A stretch of 40,048 bases of DNA, from the IMG/VR virus record IMGVR_UViG_3300010048_000023, positions 1 to 40,048 of that record. One strand, written 5' to 3'. Within the stretch, counting starts at the first letter, position 1, and every line of letters starts with the position of its first letter. This document shows positions 1-8,734 of the stretch, one piece after another. A program made the translations under genes and the position numbers. The DNA is from a virus (taxonomy: Duplodnaviria > Caudoviricetes). The notes beneath the pieces are model-generated. The model did not search any database and had not been told where the DNA came from. It worked only from the letters and a program-made list of their open reading frames with translations.

Positions 1-19
1 CGTTGCCGGCCGCTGACAG
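1..19. repeat. 19-nt terminal direct repeat (copy at 40030-40048); circular assembly overlap
   Basis: cgttgccggccgctgacag is identical at 1-19 and 40030-40048; an ORF stays in frame across the join. Confidence 0.95.
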
Positions 20-826
20 CGACACGCGCACAGCCGGGATGGCGATCATTGCGGTCGTCGCCGCTGCGGTTGGATTACGTACGGCGTTGCCGCCGAACTG
101 GTCCATTGACGGCGCGCCGGCCGCGCCGGTTGGATTGAGCCAGCCGCGCAGCATTGGATTGCCGGTGAGGTTAGCCATGGCGAAGCCAGAGTTGGCCCAT
201 ACGTCCCAGTCGCCGGGCGTGAGCACGAGTGTGGCGATGACCGACCCGGTGCCGGTGGTCAGCGGAGCTGCGTTCGCCTGCAGTCTCTGAGCGCTGAGGA
301 ACTCGCCGATTTGGCCGGCGGGAGCGGCATCGTTCGTCGTGGTGCCGGCTTTCAGGAGATACGGCGCCAGCCCCGCTGGCGCGACATACCGCGTGTCGGC
401 ATTGAGCCACGATGCCAGTGCCCGCACGTATGCGGCGCCGTCTGTCGGTGCTTCTGGCACGTCGCCGGTATCGGGTGCCACGGGTGGCGGCGTGGTAATG
501 ACCCACCGTCCCGGCACGCTGACGAACATGGACGAGGCGCCCGCCGGCAATGTCGCCTCAACGAACGTGCTGCCGTCGCTCATGTAGATGAGGTCCGATG
601 TTGCCGGGGCGGCATAGACGCTGATGGCGAATGGCGTGTGGTTAATGACGTAATTGAGTTGTCCGCCGCTGGCCGCTGGCAGCGAGACACTATCGCCGTC
701 CGCCGCCGCGGTATCGACGATATTGAGGCAGGCCCGCATGGGTGTTGCGGTATCGCGGACGTTGCCTGGGTGGGCGCAGATATGGAGTGCCCACGAGTGG
801 CCTCCGCCATCGGCAATTACGCTCAT
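1..826 (-). CDS. 5' part of an origin-spanning virion protein (826->1, continues 40029->39950; about 301 aa), putative head decoration/fibre protein
   Basis: Manual translation MSVIADGGGHSWALHICAHPGNVRDTATPMRACLN..., with AGGAC upstream of the ATG; open through nt 1; N-terminal domain is paralogous to 874-1287; missing from the ORF track. Confidence 0.8.
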   Translation of the reverse strand, partial: MSVIADGGGHSWALHICAHPGNVRDTATPMRACLNIVDTAAADGDSVSLPAASGGQLNYVINHTPFAISVYAAPATSDLIYMSDGSTFVEATLPAGASSMFVSVPGRWVITTPPPVAPDTGDVPEAPTDGAAYVRALASWLNADTRYVAPAGLAPYLLKAGTTTNDAAPAGQIGEFLSAQRLQANAAPLTTGTGSVIATLVLTPGDWDVWANSGFAMANLTGNPMLRGWLNPTGAAGAPSMDQFGGNAVRNPTAAATTAMIAIPAVRVSLSAAGN

Positions 827-873
827 GTCCTGCAGTGCAGGACCGGGGCTGTAGATTGTCCCGCTGCGGTCGC

Positions 874-1287
874 TCATGCCGACAGCACGCCGAACCAGGC
901 GCCTTTAATCGGGCTCATGAACACCTGTGACTTACCTGCGGCGAGTGCCACGCCGGTTGCGGCCGCCACACCGTTGATTGTGTCGGTGGTGCCGTTGGCT
1001 GCGTAGACTTGTGCGCTTGCTGCGCCGCCGTTGCTGACCCACATGACCTGCCCCCCCATGGCTGGGGGCAGTGTTACGCTGTCTGCTGTGGTGGCGCAGA
1101 CGGCGATGAGGTTGCAGGCGGAGGTGAGCGGCGTTGCCGCTGCTCGTGTTCCTCCGGCATGGGCGGTGACGCTCATACCGGTAAAGCCGTTGCCGTTGAT
1201 AATCGAGGTCATGTCGTGCAGGCCGGGACCAAGGTCGTAGGCGACTGACTGGCCTGTCGGATATGTGACGGACGTATATTGCGCCAT
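874..1287 (-). CDS. Small structural protein, putative capsid decoration protein
   Basis: GGAGG RBS; Ala/Gly/Thr-rich; lies downstream of the coat gene; paralog of the next gene's N-terminus. Confidence 0.65.
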   Translation of the reverse strand: MAQYTSVTYPTGQSVAYDLGPGLHDMTSIINGNGFTGMSVTAHAGGTRAAATPLTSACNLIAVCATTADSVTLPPAMGGQVMWVSNGGAASAQVYAANGTTDTINGVAAATGVALAAGKSQVFMSPIKGAWFGVLSA

Positions 1288-1301
1288 GGGCGTCGTGCCT
1301 C

Positions 1302-1790
1302 CTATTCGATGTGGGCTTGGCGTAAGGATTTACGCCAGTGATCGGCCATATACGTTTTCCGATGCTCGCCTATCGGCAATTCCTCTTCATTTGCCAACGC
1401 AAAGCACTCGTCTGGATCAATCCCGAAGGCCTGGAAATTGAAATCGAACAGCAGTTCCTCGCCATCCCATACGGTCGAATGCTTATCGCTTGTGATGATC
1501 CGCCAAGGCCGATTGGGAAGTGTGCGTTGCGCAGTTACGAGCCAGAAGTTGACCAGCCAATGACACGCGCCATGCTTCACGTATTGCCAATAAGCAGGAT
1601 GCCGTCCGCGACGGAATAAGTGCCAGTCACAACTCTCGAAGTCGAATGGCTTCATCCCCGGCTCGAAGCGCTTGCGCCATTTGCCATATGTCAGCTTATT
1701 GAGGTTGCGCGCCAGCACCTTTTGCACAGGCGGCGACTGGACGTGCGGCTGCACCTTACGCCAGTTGCGCTTCAAGTCGTAGTATTTCAT
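1302..1790 (-). CDS. Hypothetical protein with a possible Cys-His-Asp papain/transglutaminase-like triad
   Basis: ATGA overlap with the HNH stop; motifs GACHW, KHSTVW, LFDF. Confidence 0.55.
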   Translation of the reverse strand: MKYYDLKRNWRKVQPHVQSPPVQKVLARNLNKLTYGKWRKRFEPGMKPFDFESCDWHLFRRGRHPAYWQYVKHGACHWLVNFWLVTAQRTLPNRPWRIITSDKHSTVWDGEELLFDFNFQAFGIDPDECFALANEEELPIGEHRKTYMADHWRKSLRQAHIE

Positions 1791-2401
1791 GCAACATGCG
1801 CCCAACTACGACGTTTGCGAATGTCGGTAATGGTTACTCTCGTCACACCATATTTCCGCGCAAGGTCGACGCCTCGCTCTGTGCTGCCACGAATGGTGCG
1901 CACATCATCCTCTGTCAGTTTCGCGCACCAAGTGGAAGCGCCTCGGGGAGGATTGGTGCCAGATCGAGAGCGACCTTTCTCCATCATGTCGGCGTTGTTG
2001 TCAGCTCGCGTGCCTATGAACAGATGATCCGGCCTAACGCACGCCGGGTTGTCGCACTTGTGCAACACACCGAGATACTCAGGGACGCTGCCATGTTCCA
2101 GAACCCACGCCATGCGATGCGCTAGCTGACTACGTGTGCCGTCGTTGATGACGCCATATCCGCGTAGGTTGCGGGCGGCTTTCCATTCTAAGCAATGGGA
2201 ACCAAGCTTGGGACAAAAAGATCCTAGCTCGCTATAGAGGGTCATTCGTTCCCGAAGAGAGAGGCCGTGATGTCGTTCTCGTTTGCCGAGTGGGTCACCG
2301 TGGCGCAGCCATTTTAGATGGTGTGGGTTGCAGAAACCTGAGCTGCGGACTGGGCGCCCGCAGCCAGGAACGGAACAGACCGGTCTCTCTTGCTTGTCCA
2401 T
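1787..2401 (-). CDS. Free-standing HNH homing endonuclease
   Basis: N-terminal CSVPGC..C..H zinc motif; AHRMAW..VLHKCDNPACVRPDHL..DN; C-terminal HTH (LARKYGV). Confidence 0.9.
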   Translation of the reverse strand: MDKQERPVCSVPGCGRPVRSSGFCNPHHLKWLRHGDPLGKRERHHGLSLRERMTLYSELGSFCPKLGSHCLEWKAARNLRGYGVINDGTRSQLAHRMAWVLEHGSVPEYLGVLHKCDNPACVRPDHLFIGTRADNNADMMEKGRSRSGTNPPRGASTWCAKLTEDDVRTIRGSTERGVDLARKYGVTRVTITDIRKRRSWAHVA

Positions 2402-2448
2402 ACGCCAAAGTAAGACGCTTCACCATTGACAAGCAATAGCAAATAACG

Positions 2449-3537
2449 CTAGTTTGCCATCAAGCGACATGCAAGTTGTGGCCGCATTGCAGTGTAACCA
2501 TATAAGATGTCTAACCTGCATGGTAGGACATCGTTGTTTATATCATACTGACGGACCACACGAATACTGAGCCCGTCTTTCTGTGCCCGACTTGCCATGT
2601 CAACCCCGTTTGGCATCACGAGATCGGCCGTTGCGAATGTGAAAGCATCCGGATGGAATGCGATGCTGCTACCCGTTGCGGTGGATGCTGTCCCGGCAAA
2701 GGTCAGTGCCTGGCCGGCGCCGGGGGAGTTGGAGACGTTCTGGTATGCGCCGGTTGTCGTAATCGCCGGCGCGATACTCATGTTGCCTGCGCCGCCGGTA
2801 TAGGCTGCCGTCAGCACGAATTGCTGCAGCCGTCCCGTATTCACTTTTGTCTCCGGGTGCACAGCAAAAACACCCGCAATCGTAAACACATCCCCGACAT
2901 TTCCCGCCCCGGAGCCGGTGGTAACCGCGAGCGTTGAGCCCGTTTGTCCGGCGCCGCCCACGACATAGCCGGCCTCAGCGCCGCGGGTGAACGTCGTCAG
3001 GAACGTATTCTCGGCCCACTCAAAGCCAGCGGCGAGGCCCATGACGCCGTCCACGTATTGCCGGGAAATCTGCGTGGATTGCTGGAACAGTCCTTTCAAG
3101 CTGTCCACAAGGTCCACGTTATCCTGCGTGTTAATCCGCAACTGCCATTGCTGGCTCTGTGGCGTGAGGTTATCGAGCAGTGCCTTGCGGGCCTGCAGCA
3201 CGGTCTTGAACGTCTGCCCGGCGCCCGCGGTGCCGACGAGGTTCCAGACGGAATTAACCATTGACAACGCGTCCGCCTCGACATTCGCCGCCAGCACGGC
3301 GCATGCCGGCTCCAGATATCGAGCCGAAAAATCATCGATATTCAGCGTCAGTTCCTGGCTCGAGAAGCTGAAATCGACGTGCTTCTGCTGGCTGATGGTC
3401 AGCGTGGTATTCGTCTCAACCGTGTTCTGGATTGCCAGTGTGGGTGTGCTGGCCACGGTGAACTGCACCGGCAGGCGAATGCGCAGGCTACTGCCAATCT
3501 TGGCACCGCTCTGCGCGAAGGATGGGTCGTATTGTCG
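2449..3537 (-). CDS. Major capsid (P22 coat-like) protein, exon 2
   Basis: RQYDPSFAQSGAKIGSSLRIRLP...RLDILYG..RPQLACRL, typical of the P22 gp5-like coat; joins exon 1 in frame to give 395 aa. Confidence 0.9.
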   Translation of the reverse strand, partial: RQYDPSFAQSGAKIGSSLRIRLPVQFTVASTPTLAIQNTVETNTTLTISQQKHVDFSFSSQELTLNIDDFSARYLEPACAVLAANVEADALSMVNSVWNLVGTAGAGQTFKTVLQARKALLDNLTPQSQQWQLRINTQDNVDLVDSLKGLFQQSTQISRQYVDGVMGLAAGFEWAENTFLTTFTRGAEAGYVVGGAGQTGSTLAVTTGSGAGNVGDVFTIAGVFAVHPETKVNTGRLQQFVLTAAYTGGAGNMSIAPAITTTGAYQNVSNSPGAGQALTFAGTASTATGSSIAFHPDAFTFATADLVMPNGVDMASRAQKDGLSIRVVRQYDINNDVLPCRLDILYGYTAMRPQLACRLMAN

Positions 3538-4323
3538 CCATGTGTTCGATCGCATGCGCTAGATGCGATCCGCTTGCGCGGCTGCCGGTTTCCCGACAGA
3601 GCAGACTATATCTTATCACACATACTTCCAGATGCGTCCGGAACGGATCATGCTCACGAGAGGCTGGGTAATTCCGTATTTCCTAGCGAGATCCTGTTGG
3701 AAGCCAAGATAATCGCCCTTTTCCTCTCTGATTGCTCTGACCTGCTTAACCGTCAGCTTGGCGTGCCCATTCCGTGGCCCATGGGGTTGACGCAGCCTGT
3801 TCAGCATGTCGTCCATGTTGTCGCGGAAAGAGCCAAGCCTTAGATGTGCAACGTTTACGCATCTGCGGTTATCGCAGGAATGGAGCACCTGAGCGCCTTT
3901 TGGGATTGGGCCGTTTGCCAGTTCCCATGCGACGCGATGAGCATATGTAGCCCGGCCGCCCACGTTGATCTGGCCATATCCTCCGGTGGTCCGTGGACCG
4001 CCTTTCATGATAGCGCCAGCCCATTCATGGCATCCGTCGCACTGTCTGACCTTTTCTGCGAAGCGTTCGGCAAGAGGCCTGATAGTGCGCATGCATGATC
4101 CCCGCATTTCGGGCCGCTTGGCCCTACGCCTTTCGGCTAGTCGTTGAACCTTCCGCATTATCATATGGGATAAGCGCTCATACGATGTAAGCGGCTTGGC
4201 TGCTGATTTTCCAATCCAATGCATTTTCTGCCGTCGCGATTGTCATTTCTGAGTGCGCTGTGGCTGCATTGGCTCTAAGGAGGTTCCAGCAATTAGCGGG
4301 GTTTTACATCAACCATGGATTTA
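3538..4323 (-). ncRNA. Group I self-splicing intron (IA-type), 786 nt
   Basis: P AAUUGCUGGAAC (4294-4283), Q AAUCAGCAGCC (4208-4198), R UUCAACGACUA (4148-4138), S AAGAUAUAGUC (3614-3604); P1 CAUCAAU/GUUGAUG with a U-G pair at the splice site; P3 CCCCGC/GCGGGG; P7.1, P7.2 and P9 hairpins; terminal G. Confidence 0.93.
3616..4092 (-). CDS. Intron-encoded HNH homing endonuclease (in the P8 loop)
   Basis: MRTIRPLAERF...AHRVAWEL..VLHSCDNRRCVNVAHL..DN; C-terminal HTH; start reassigned from 4224, which lies in the intron core. Confidence 0.9.
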   Translation of the reverse strand: MRTIRPLAERFAEKVRQCDGCHEWAGAIMKGGPRTTGGYGQINVGGRATYAHRVAWELANGPIPKGAQVLHSCDNRRCVNVAHLRLGSFRDNMDDMLNRLRQPHGPRNGHAKLTVKQVRAIREEKGDYLGFQQDLARKYGITQPLVSMIRSGRIWKYV

Positions 4324-4422
4324 ATTGATGGCGCCGACGAAGTTGAGGCGTTGGTGCAATATGGCCAGGGCTTTTGCCGTGATCATATTGATGTTCAGCA
4401 GTGTATTTGTAGCTACAGCCAT
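4324..4422 (-). CDS. Major capsid protein, exon 1 (33 aa)
   Basis: AGGAG RBS; MAVATNTLLNINMITAKALAILHQRLNFVGAIN, a typical coat N-terminus, followed at once by the intron's UAA. Confidence 0.9.
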
Positions 4423-4620
4423 CGGGGGCTCCTGTGCGGAGTGCCGCCGACTTCTCTCTCAGGGTGCTTCCTGCTCAGTCCCGACGACGCGGTTGCGCCG
4501 CCGGGTGCTGAGAGGAAGCCTTAGGCACGGTTAAGGGGGATTACGTCGCACGAGGATTGCCGCTCGGACGGCTTCAGACACGGTGCGCGGAGTGAAGCGC
4601 TGCCAACAAAACAGCGCTTC
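4423..4620 (-). promoter_or_regulatory. Structured capsid 5' leader
   Basis: Hairpins GAAGCGCTG/CAGCGCTTC and a long stem GCTTCCT-CTCAG-CCCGGCGGCGC/GCGTCGTCGGG-CTGAG-AGGAAGC. Confidence 0.45.
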
Positions 4621-4784
4621 TAACGCCTCTCCGGACGGCGATTACCGGCGCTATTGGCCGGGAATTGTGGTTGCCGCTGCTCGACGATGAGCGGCTGGCG
4701 AACGGAGGACAGGATGAGTTTGAGCGTCTTCTCGATTTCCACGAGCCGCTCGATTGCAAGGTGACGGAACTCCTGCGCTTCCAC
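4620..4784 (-). CDS. Hypothetical protein (54 aa, MEAQEFRHLAIERLVEIEK...)
   Basis: Manual translation; GTG start 2 nt after the previous stop. Confidence 0.55.
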   Translation of the reverse strand: MEAQEFRHLAIERLVEIEKTLKLILSSVRQPLIVEQRQPQFPANSAGNRRPERR

Positions 4785-4786
4785 TG

Positions 4787-4921
4787 TTATTTCTTCCGGC
4801 TCGCTTCGCGTTTCTTCGAATACGCAATGGCGACGGCCTGGCGAATTGGTTTCCCCGCCTTAACTTCGGCCTTGATATTCTCTTTGAAGGCCGCTGGAGA
4901 TTTGCTGGTTTTCAGCGGCAT
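4787..4921 (-). CDS. Small basic phage protein (MPLKTSKSPAAFKENIKAEVKAGKPIRQAVAIAYSKKR)
   Basis: Manual translation; resembles the recurrent phage head-region family with NI..E..AG.P..QAVAIA; TGATG coupling. Confidence 0.75.
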   Translation of the reverse strand: MPLKTSKSPAAFKENIKAEVKAGKPIRQAVAIAYSKKREASRKK

Positions 4922-5127
4922 CAGCGCTTCGCATTCCTGCCGGTGATGAGCGGGTCCGTCGCCCGCCCTGTCGGCATTTTGCTGCTGCTGCCGGTATCCG
5001 CCGGCGCCTTATAGACTGGCAGGGATGCGAGCCTCCCGCGCAATGCCGCCTCGTGTGAGGAGAGAGCGCGATCCGTCCCTTTCGTCGTCCCTGCGTCGTT
5101 GTGTGGGGGTGCTTTACCGTTTGCCAT
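4921..5127 (-). CDS. Hypothetical low-complexity protein
   Basis: GGAGG RBS; coupled to neighbouring genes. Confidence 0.55.
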   Translation of the reverse strand: MANGKAPPHNDAGTTKGTDRALSSHEAALRGRLASLPVYKAPADTGSSSKMPTGRATDPLITGRNAKR

Positions 5128-5278
5128 TCCTGCCTCCTGTTGCCGCGACTTTCTTTACCGTTGGCGCGTTGTTGTTCTGTCCTGGCGGTGGTGTTCTGGC
5201 GGGTATCCCTCCGGTGGCCGACACGGTGGACAGCGGCTTGGCGGTGACCGGCTTGCGTTTATCAAAGTCCTTGTTCAT
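5114..5278 (-). CDS. Hypothetical basic protein (54 aa, MNKDFDKRKPVTAKPL...)
   Basis: ATGA overlap with the scaffold stop; GGAGG upstream. Confidence 0.55.
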   Translation of the reverse strand: MNKDFDKRKPVTAKPLSTVSATGGIPARTPPPGQNNNAPTVKKVAATGGRNGKR

Positions 5279-5979
5279 GCCCGCCGCCTCCTGTCAATGT
5301 CCTGCTTGATGAAGTAATCCACCATTTCGTCCGGCGTATTGCGTGGATTGTAGATGTCGTAAGCCGACGACACCCGCCCTTCCACCGGCTTTGGTGGTGG
5401 CGGTGCTTTGCTCACGTTCCGCGCCGGCTGTGCGGCCAGCTTCTCGGCGTATTGCCCGAGTGCGATCGCGCGTGCCCGCTCGCCGCGCAATGACGCAATG
5501 CGTTCGACGGCCTCCGGGTCATTCGAGAGGGCCGCCGCGATCTTCGGCCCGGCCGGCATTTCCACCAGCAATTCGGCAATCTGGCTATCGGCGCCCATGG
5601 CCTGCAAATCGGTGCAGCGTTGCCGCCAGTCCGGATACTCCGCGGCACCCGTCTCATGGAACGTGCGGATTTTCTCCTGCGTCCGCTCATATGCAGCGAT
5701 GCGCTGTCCCTCGGCCTGCACGGCCTGCTGATACTGTGGGTCCACCGGCTGCTGCGGCGGCGCCTGCTGCCGCTGGTAGTTCTCCAGCGCCGCGAGCCTG
5801 GCCGCGAACTCGTCCCGCTCTCTGGCGGCGCTGCTGAGCCGTGCCGTCAGCCGCGCGATGCGCCGCTCTACCGGGTCTTCCGCATCCCCTGCCTCTCTGG
5901 CCGGCGGCGGTGGCGGCTTAGGCTCCGGCGGCGGCGCTTCCGGTTCTGGCGGCGGAAGTTGTTCCTCAGTCTCGCTCAC
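5275..5979 (-). CDS. Capsid scaffolding protein
   Basis: Pro-rich N-terminus, coiled coil (ERRIARLTARL), C-terminal VSKAPPPPKPV; lies between portal and coat. Confidence 0.8.
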   Translation of the reverse strand: MSETEEQLPPPEPEAPPPEPKPPPPPAREAGDAEDPVERRIARLTARLSSAARERDEFAARLAALENYQRQQAPPQQPVDPQYQQAVQAEGQRIAAYERTQEKIRTFHETGAAEYPDWRQRCTDLQAMGADSQIAELLVEMPAGPKIAAALSNDPEAVERIASLRGERARAIALGQYAEKLAAQPARNVSKAPPPPKPVEGRVSSAYDIYNPRNTPDEMVDYFIKQDIDRRRRA

Positions 5980-6170
5980 GGCTGTTGCTCTTCCGCCAGC
6001 TCTTCCTCCAGTGTCTCGCCTTCCTCTGCGGCTATGATTTCGGCGTCCACTATGCCTTGGTCGATCGCCACGAAGCCGTCGCCAACAATCGTCGCCGGAT
6101 TGAGCGGCGGCGGGTCGGTATCAAAGATATTCGGCAATATGCCGGGGGGCAGCGGGGGCTTGTCGCTCAT
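5976..6170 (-). CDS. Hypothetical acidic protein
   Basis: GAGG RBS; GTGA coupling to the scaffold gene. Confidence 0.55.
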   Translation of the reverse strand: MSDKPPLPPGILPNIFDTDPPPLNPATIVGDGFVAIDQGIVDAEIIAAEEGETLEEELAEEQQP

Positions 6171-6174
6171 GGCT

Positions 6175-6351
6175 TTACCTCGGGGTGTTGCTGGTCACAT
6201 TGTGTTCGATGGTGAAATCGCTCTCGACCGCCAGCTCGCCCATGCGGCCGTAGGCCATGGCCTGTGTGGCCTCGAGGCGGGCGACGCGGTTGCTGAGCGC
6301 GTCAACCGCCCGCCGGATCTCGGCCAAGGCTTCCGCCAGGCTCTCGCTCAT
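6175..6351 (-). CDS. Hypothetical protein (58 aa, MSESLAEALAEIRRAVDAL...)
   Basis: Manual translation; ATGA overlap with the portal stop. Confidence 0.55.
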   Translation of the reverse strand: MSESLAEALAEIRRAVDALSNRVARLEATQAMAYGRMGELAVESDFTIEHNVTSNTPR

Positions 6352-8525
6352 TGCGCCGCCTGCGCCGTCCCGTTCTGTGGTTGCTCCGGAGGCGCCATCG
6401 TCTGCTGAATGTCCGATTGGATTTGCGCATGCCCCTGCAATATCGGAATAATGTCCGTCTGCAGCATGTCCCTGAGCAGTTGTCTTACGATGATCTGCAC
6501 GGCATGCGGGTCAACTTGCCCCAATGCCTTCAGCCTGTTCGTCTCCGCCTCGTAATCCTTAATCACCAATTCGCCGTGCTTGTCGCTGTTCAGCTCCGCG
6601 AGGCGTGTGTTATGCGCCCGCAATGTCGCAATCTCAGCGTCGGCCTGCTGCAACAGCTTCTGCGCGTTCTGCTGCATCTGCTGGCTGGCCTGCTGCAACT
6701 GAACGACCTGCGGGTCCGGCCCCGGCTTGTATTGCGGCGGCAATCCTCGCTTCAGCCGCTCCGCCAACTCATCCGCTCCGGGGAAGTCGCTGTTCTGCGC
6801 CCAGAAATCCCCGACAATCTGAAACGCCGCCGGATTGGCCTGCATAATCTGCGAGAACGCATTGCTCGCCTCCTGCCGCTGCGTGCCGAAACTCGGCCCC
6901 ACATCCGCCTCAACATCATACTTCCCGATATTCGGATTGAAGATGACCAACGGGTTGGGCTGATTAGGGTCCGCCCGCATCTGGTCCGCCTGCTGCGGCG
7001 TCAATGGCTGCGGGCCCTGCGGGCCTATCGGCTGATTGGGCGCAACCTGCATGTGAGGCACAGTGCTATTGGGTGTGCTCAGCACATCACTCGCCTCGCC
7101 ATCCTCCCCCATAATCTGCATGACCTGCGTCACATCATAAACCTTGGGGATTAAGTCCAATAATATGCGTCCAACCTGGCGGATCATCTTCGCCTGGTTG
7201 TCGATGTAGTGGTATGTCGCGGTATCCCCTTGCCGCTGCCGCTGTTGTATCGCAACGCCACTGCGCTCGTTACTCGGCATCCCCAACTCGGCTTGGTATT
7301 GCCCCGTTACATCCAGCAGGTCCTGCCGGGCGATCGTCATGCCCTGAATATACGCCTGCGCCATCGTCGGCGGTGGTGTCCTGGCGGGCGGCGGCAGGTC
7401 CTTGCCGTCATCGTCCGTCGCATTGTACGGCAGATACGCGAGGTTTTTTACGTTCGCGTCGTGCCACTTGTCCTCATGCCCCTCCACGGCTTTAGCAGCA
7501 GCAATGAAGGGGACCTTGGTTTGCAATGCCACCTGTTCTACGGCCGCGGATGACCAGTAATTATATATCCGCTGCGCATCTATCTGGCTCCTCGTATGCC
7601 CCTTTCTGTCCATTACCTTGTTAATCACCGTCTCTTCGCCAATACACGGCACAATCGGTATGTATCTACCTGCCCATGTCCCTCTATCCGCTATCTCGTT
7701 GCCCTCTATCCGATACCAGAGGACTTCCTTCTCGGTGACTTCCCGGCTGCGGTCTATCAGTGGCTCATACATTTCGCGCTGGTCATCATCGAGGTCACTA
7801 TCTCTGATCGTCCTGCCATCCCTCAGCAAATGTAATTTGTCGCCCTTCGTATTGCGCCGCCAATACGTCGCAACTCTTACATGGTCCGTCGTGCTCCAGT
7901 CGTCCGCCGTGTTGTCAAACGCAGCAGGAGGAGGAGCACTGTTGGGGCCATGCTCCTGTTCCCACTGATATCTGGGTATGTCGGCAAACTCGAACGCAAA
8001 GTTCATGTCCGCCTTGTCATACTCCTTCGCATCGGGATCGATGTAGAACTTGCTAGGGTCACTCTGTCTCCTGATGTATATCTCCTGCTGGAACCCCTGA
8101 GCGTCCACATACTCAGTTTCAACTGTAACGAAGCCAATGCCGCTCTCCACCTGATGATATATCGCAGTGCTATACGCATCGATCGCCTTCGACTGATACT
8201 CAATCCTTCTGATTATGCCACTGAATACCTGCGCCGCTTCATACGTCGCGTTGTTGCCCGTCGGGGTAACTTTGATTTGGGCCTTATTTTGTCTGGCGTC
8301 GTTGATTATCTGCAGATTATGCTGCCTCACCTTGTTCGTCGTTAAACACGGACGCCCTACCCGGTCCTGCCGCACCGACGCTTCCCACTGATACCCGTTC
8401 AACGCATCCCCATTCGCAAACTTCGTGTCATGCTCAGCATTCGAACGCGCCGTCGCCTCCCATGACACACAACGCTCAAACAGGCGCTTGGCCTCCCGCA
8501 GTATCTCCGCGTCTCCCCTGGGCAC
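6348..8525 (-). CDS. P22-like portal protein
   Basis: 725 aa; RPCLTTNK, YIPIVPCIGEE, DAQRIYNYWSS, SGVAIQQRQRQG, GKYDVEADVGPS motifs. Confidence 0.95.
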   Translation of the reverse strand: MPRGDAEILREAKRLFERCVSWEATARSNAEHDTKFANGDALNGYQWEASVRQDRVGRPCLTTNKVRQHNLQIINDARQNKAQIKVTPTGNNATYEAAQVFSGIIRRIEYQSKAIDAYSTAIYHQVESGIGFVTVETEYVDAQGFQQEIYIRRQSDPSKFYIDPDAKEYDKADMNFAFEFADIPRYQWEQEHGPNSAPPPAAFDNTADDWSTTDHVRVATYWRRNTKGDKLHLLRDGRTIRDSDLDDDQREMYEPLIDRSREVTEKEVLWYRIEGNEIADRGTWAGRYIPIVPCIGEETVINKVMDRKGHTRSQIDAQRIYNYWSSAAVEQVALQTKVPFIAAAKAVEGHEDKWHDANVKNLAYLPYNATDDDGKDLPPPARTPPPTMAQAYIQGMTIARQDLLDVTGQYQAELGMPSNERSGVAIQQRQRQGDTATYHYIDNQAKMIRQVGRILLDLIPKVYDVTQVMQIMGEDGEASDVLSTPNSTVPHMQVAPNQPIGPQGPQPLTPQQADQMRADPNQPNPLVIFNPNIGKYDVEADVGPSFGTQRQEASNAFSQIMQANPAAFQIVGDFWAQNSDFPGADELAERLKRGLPPQYKPGPDPQVVQLQQASQQMQQNAQKLLQQADAEIATLRAHNTRLAELNSDKHGELVIKDYEAETNRLKALGQVDPHAVQIIVRQLLRDMLQTDIIPILQGHAQIQSDIQQTMAPPEQPQNGTAQAAQ

Positions 8526-8696
8526 TTAGTCCAAACTCTCCCGCACATTCGCCACAAGCTGACGCGATACCTCCAACGCCTTCGCCACCCGCTGACTCTC
8601 CGGCAAGTCCCGAATGACGAGAGACGTATGATATACCATCATCATAAGCACATCCGACACGTCCGCCGGACACCCGTCCGCATTCGCCGCATTCAC
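8526..8696 (-). CDS. Hypothetical protein
   Basis: 3' part of the 8526-8990 frame; abuts the portal start. Confidence 0.4.
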   Translation of the reverse strand: MNAANADGCPADVSDVLMMMVYHTSLVIRDLPESQRVAKALEVSRQLVANVRESLD

Positions 8697-8734
8697 GCGC
8701 CTCGCCGCCGCCAGCCCGTCCCTGTGACTCGGCG

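Noticed and set aside
3538-3555. Capsid start at 3555 (MRSNTW...) from the ORF track
   Set aside because: These codons are the intron 3' end; the true start is at 4422
4093-4224. N-terminal extension of the intron HNH ORF
   Set aside because: It overlaps the intron catalytic core (Q, R, P7, P3); the start at 4092 is more plausible
5620-7154. Long plus-strand ORFs opposite scaffold and portal (and similar ones at 16420-17355, 17658-18632, 30047-31114)
   Set aside because: Antisense shadow frames typical of high-GC coding DNA; no motifs
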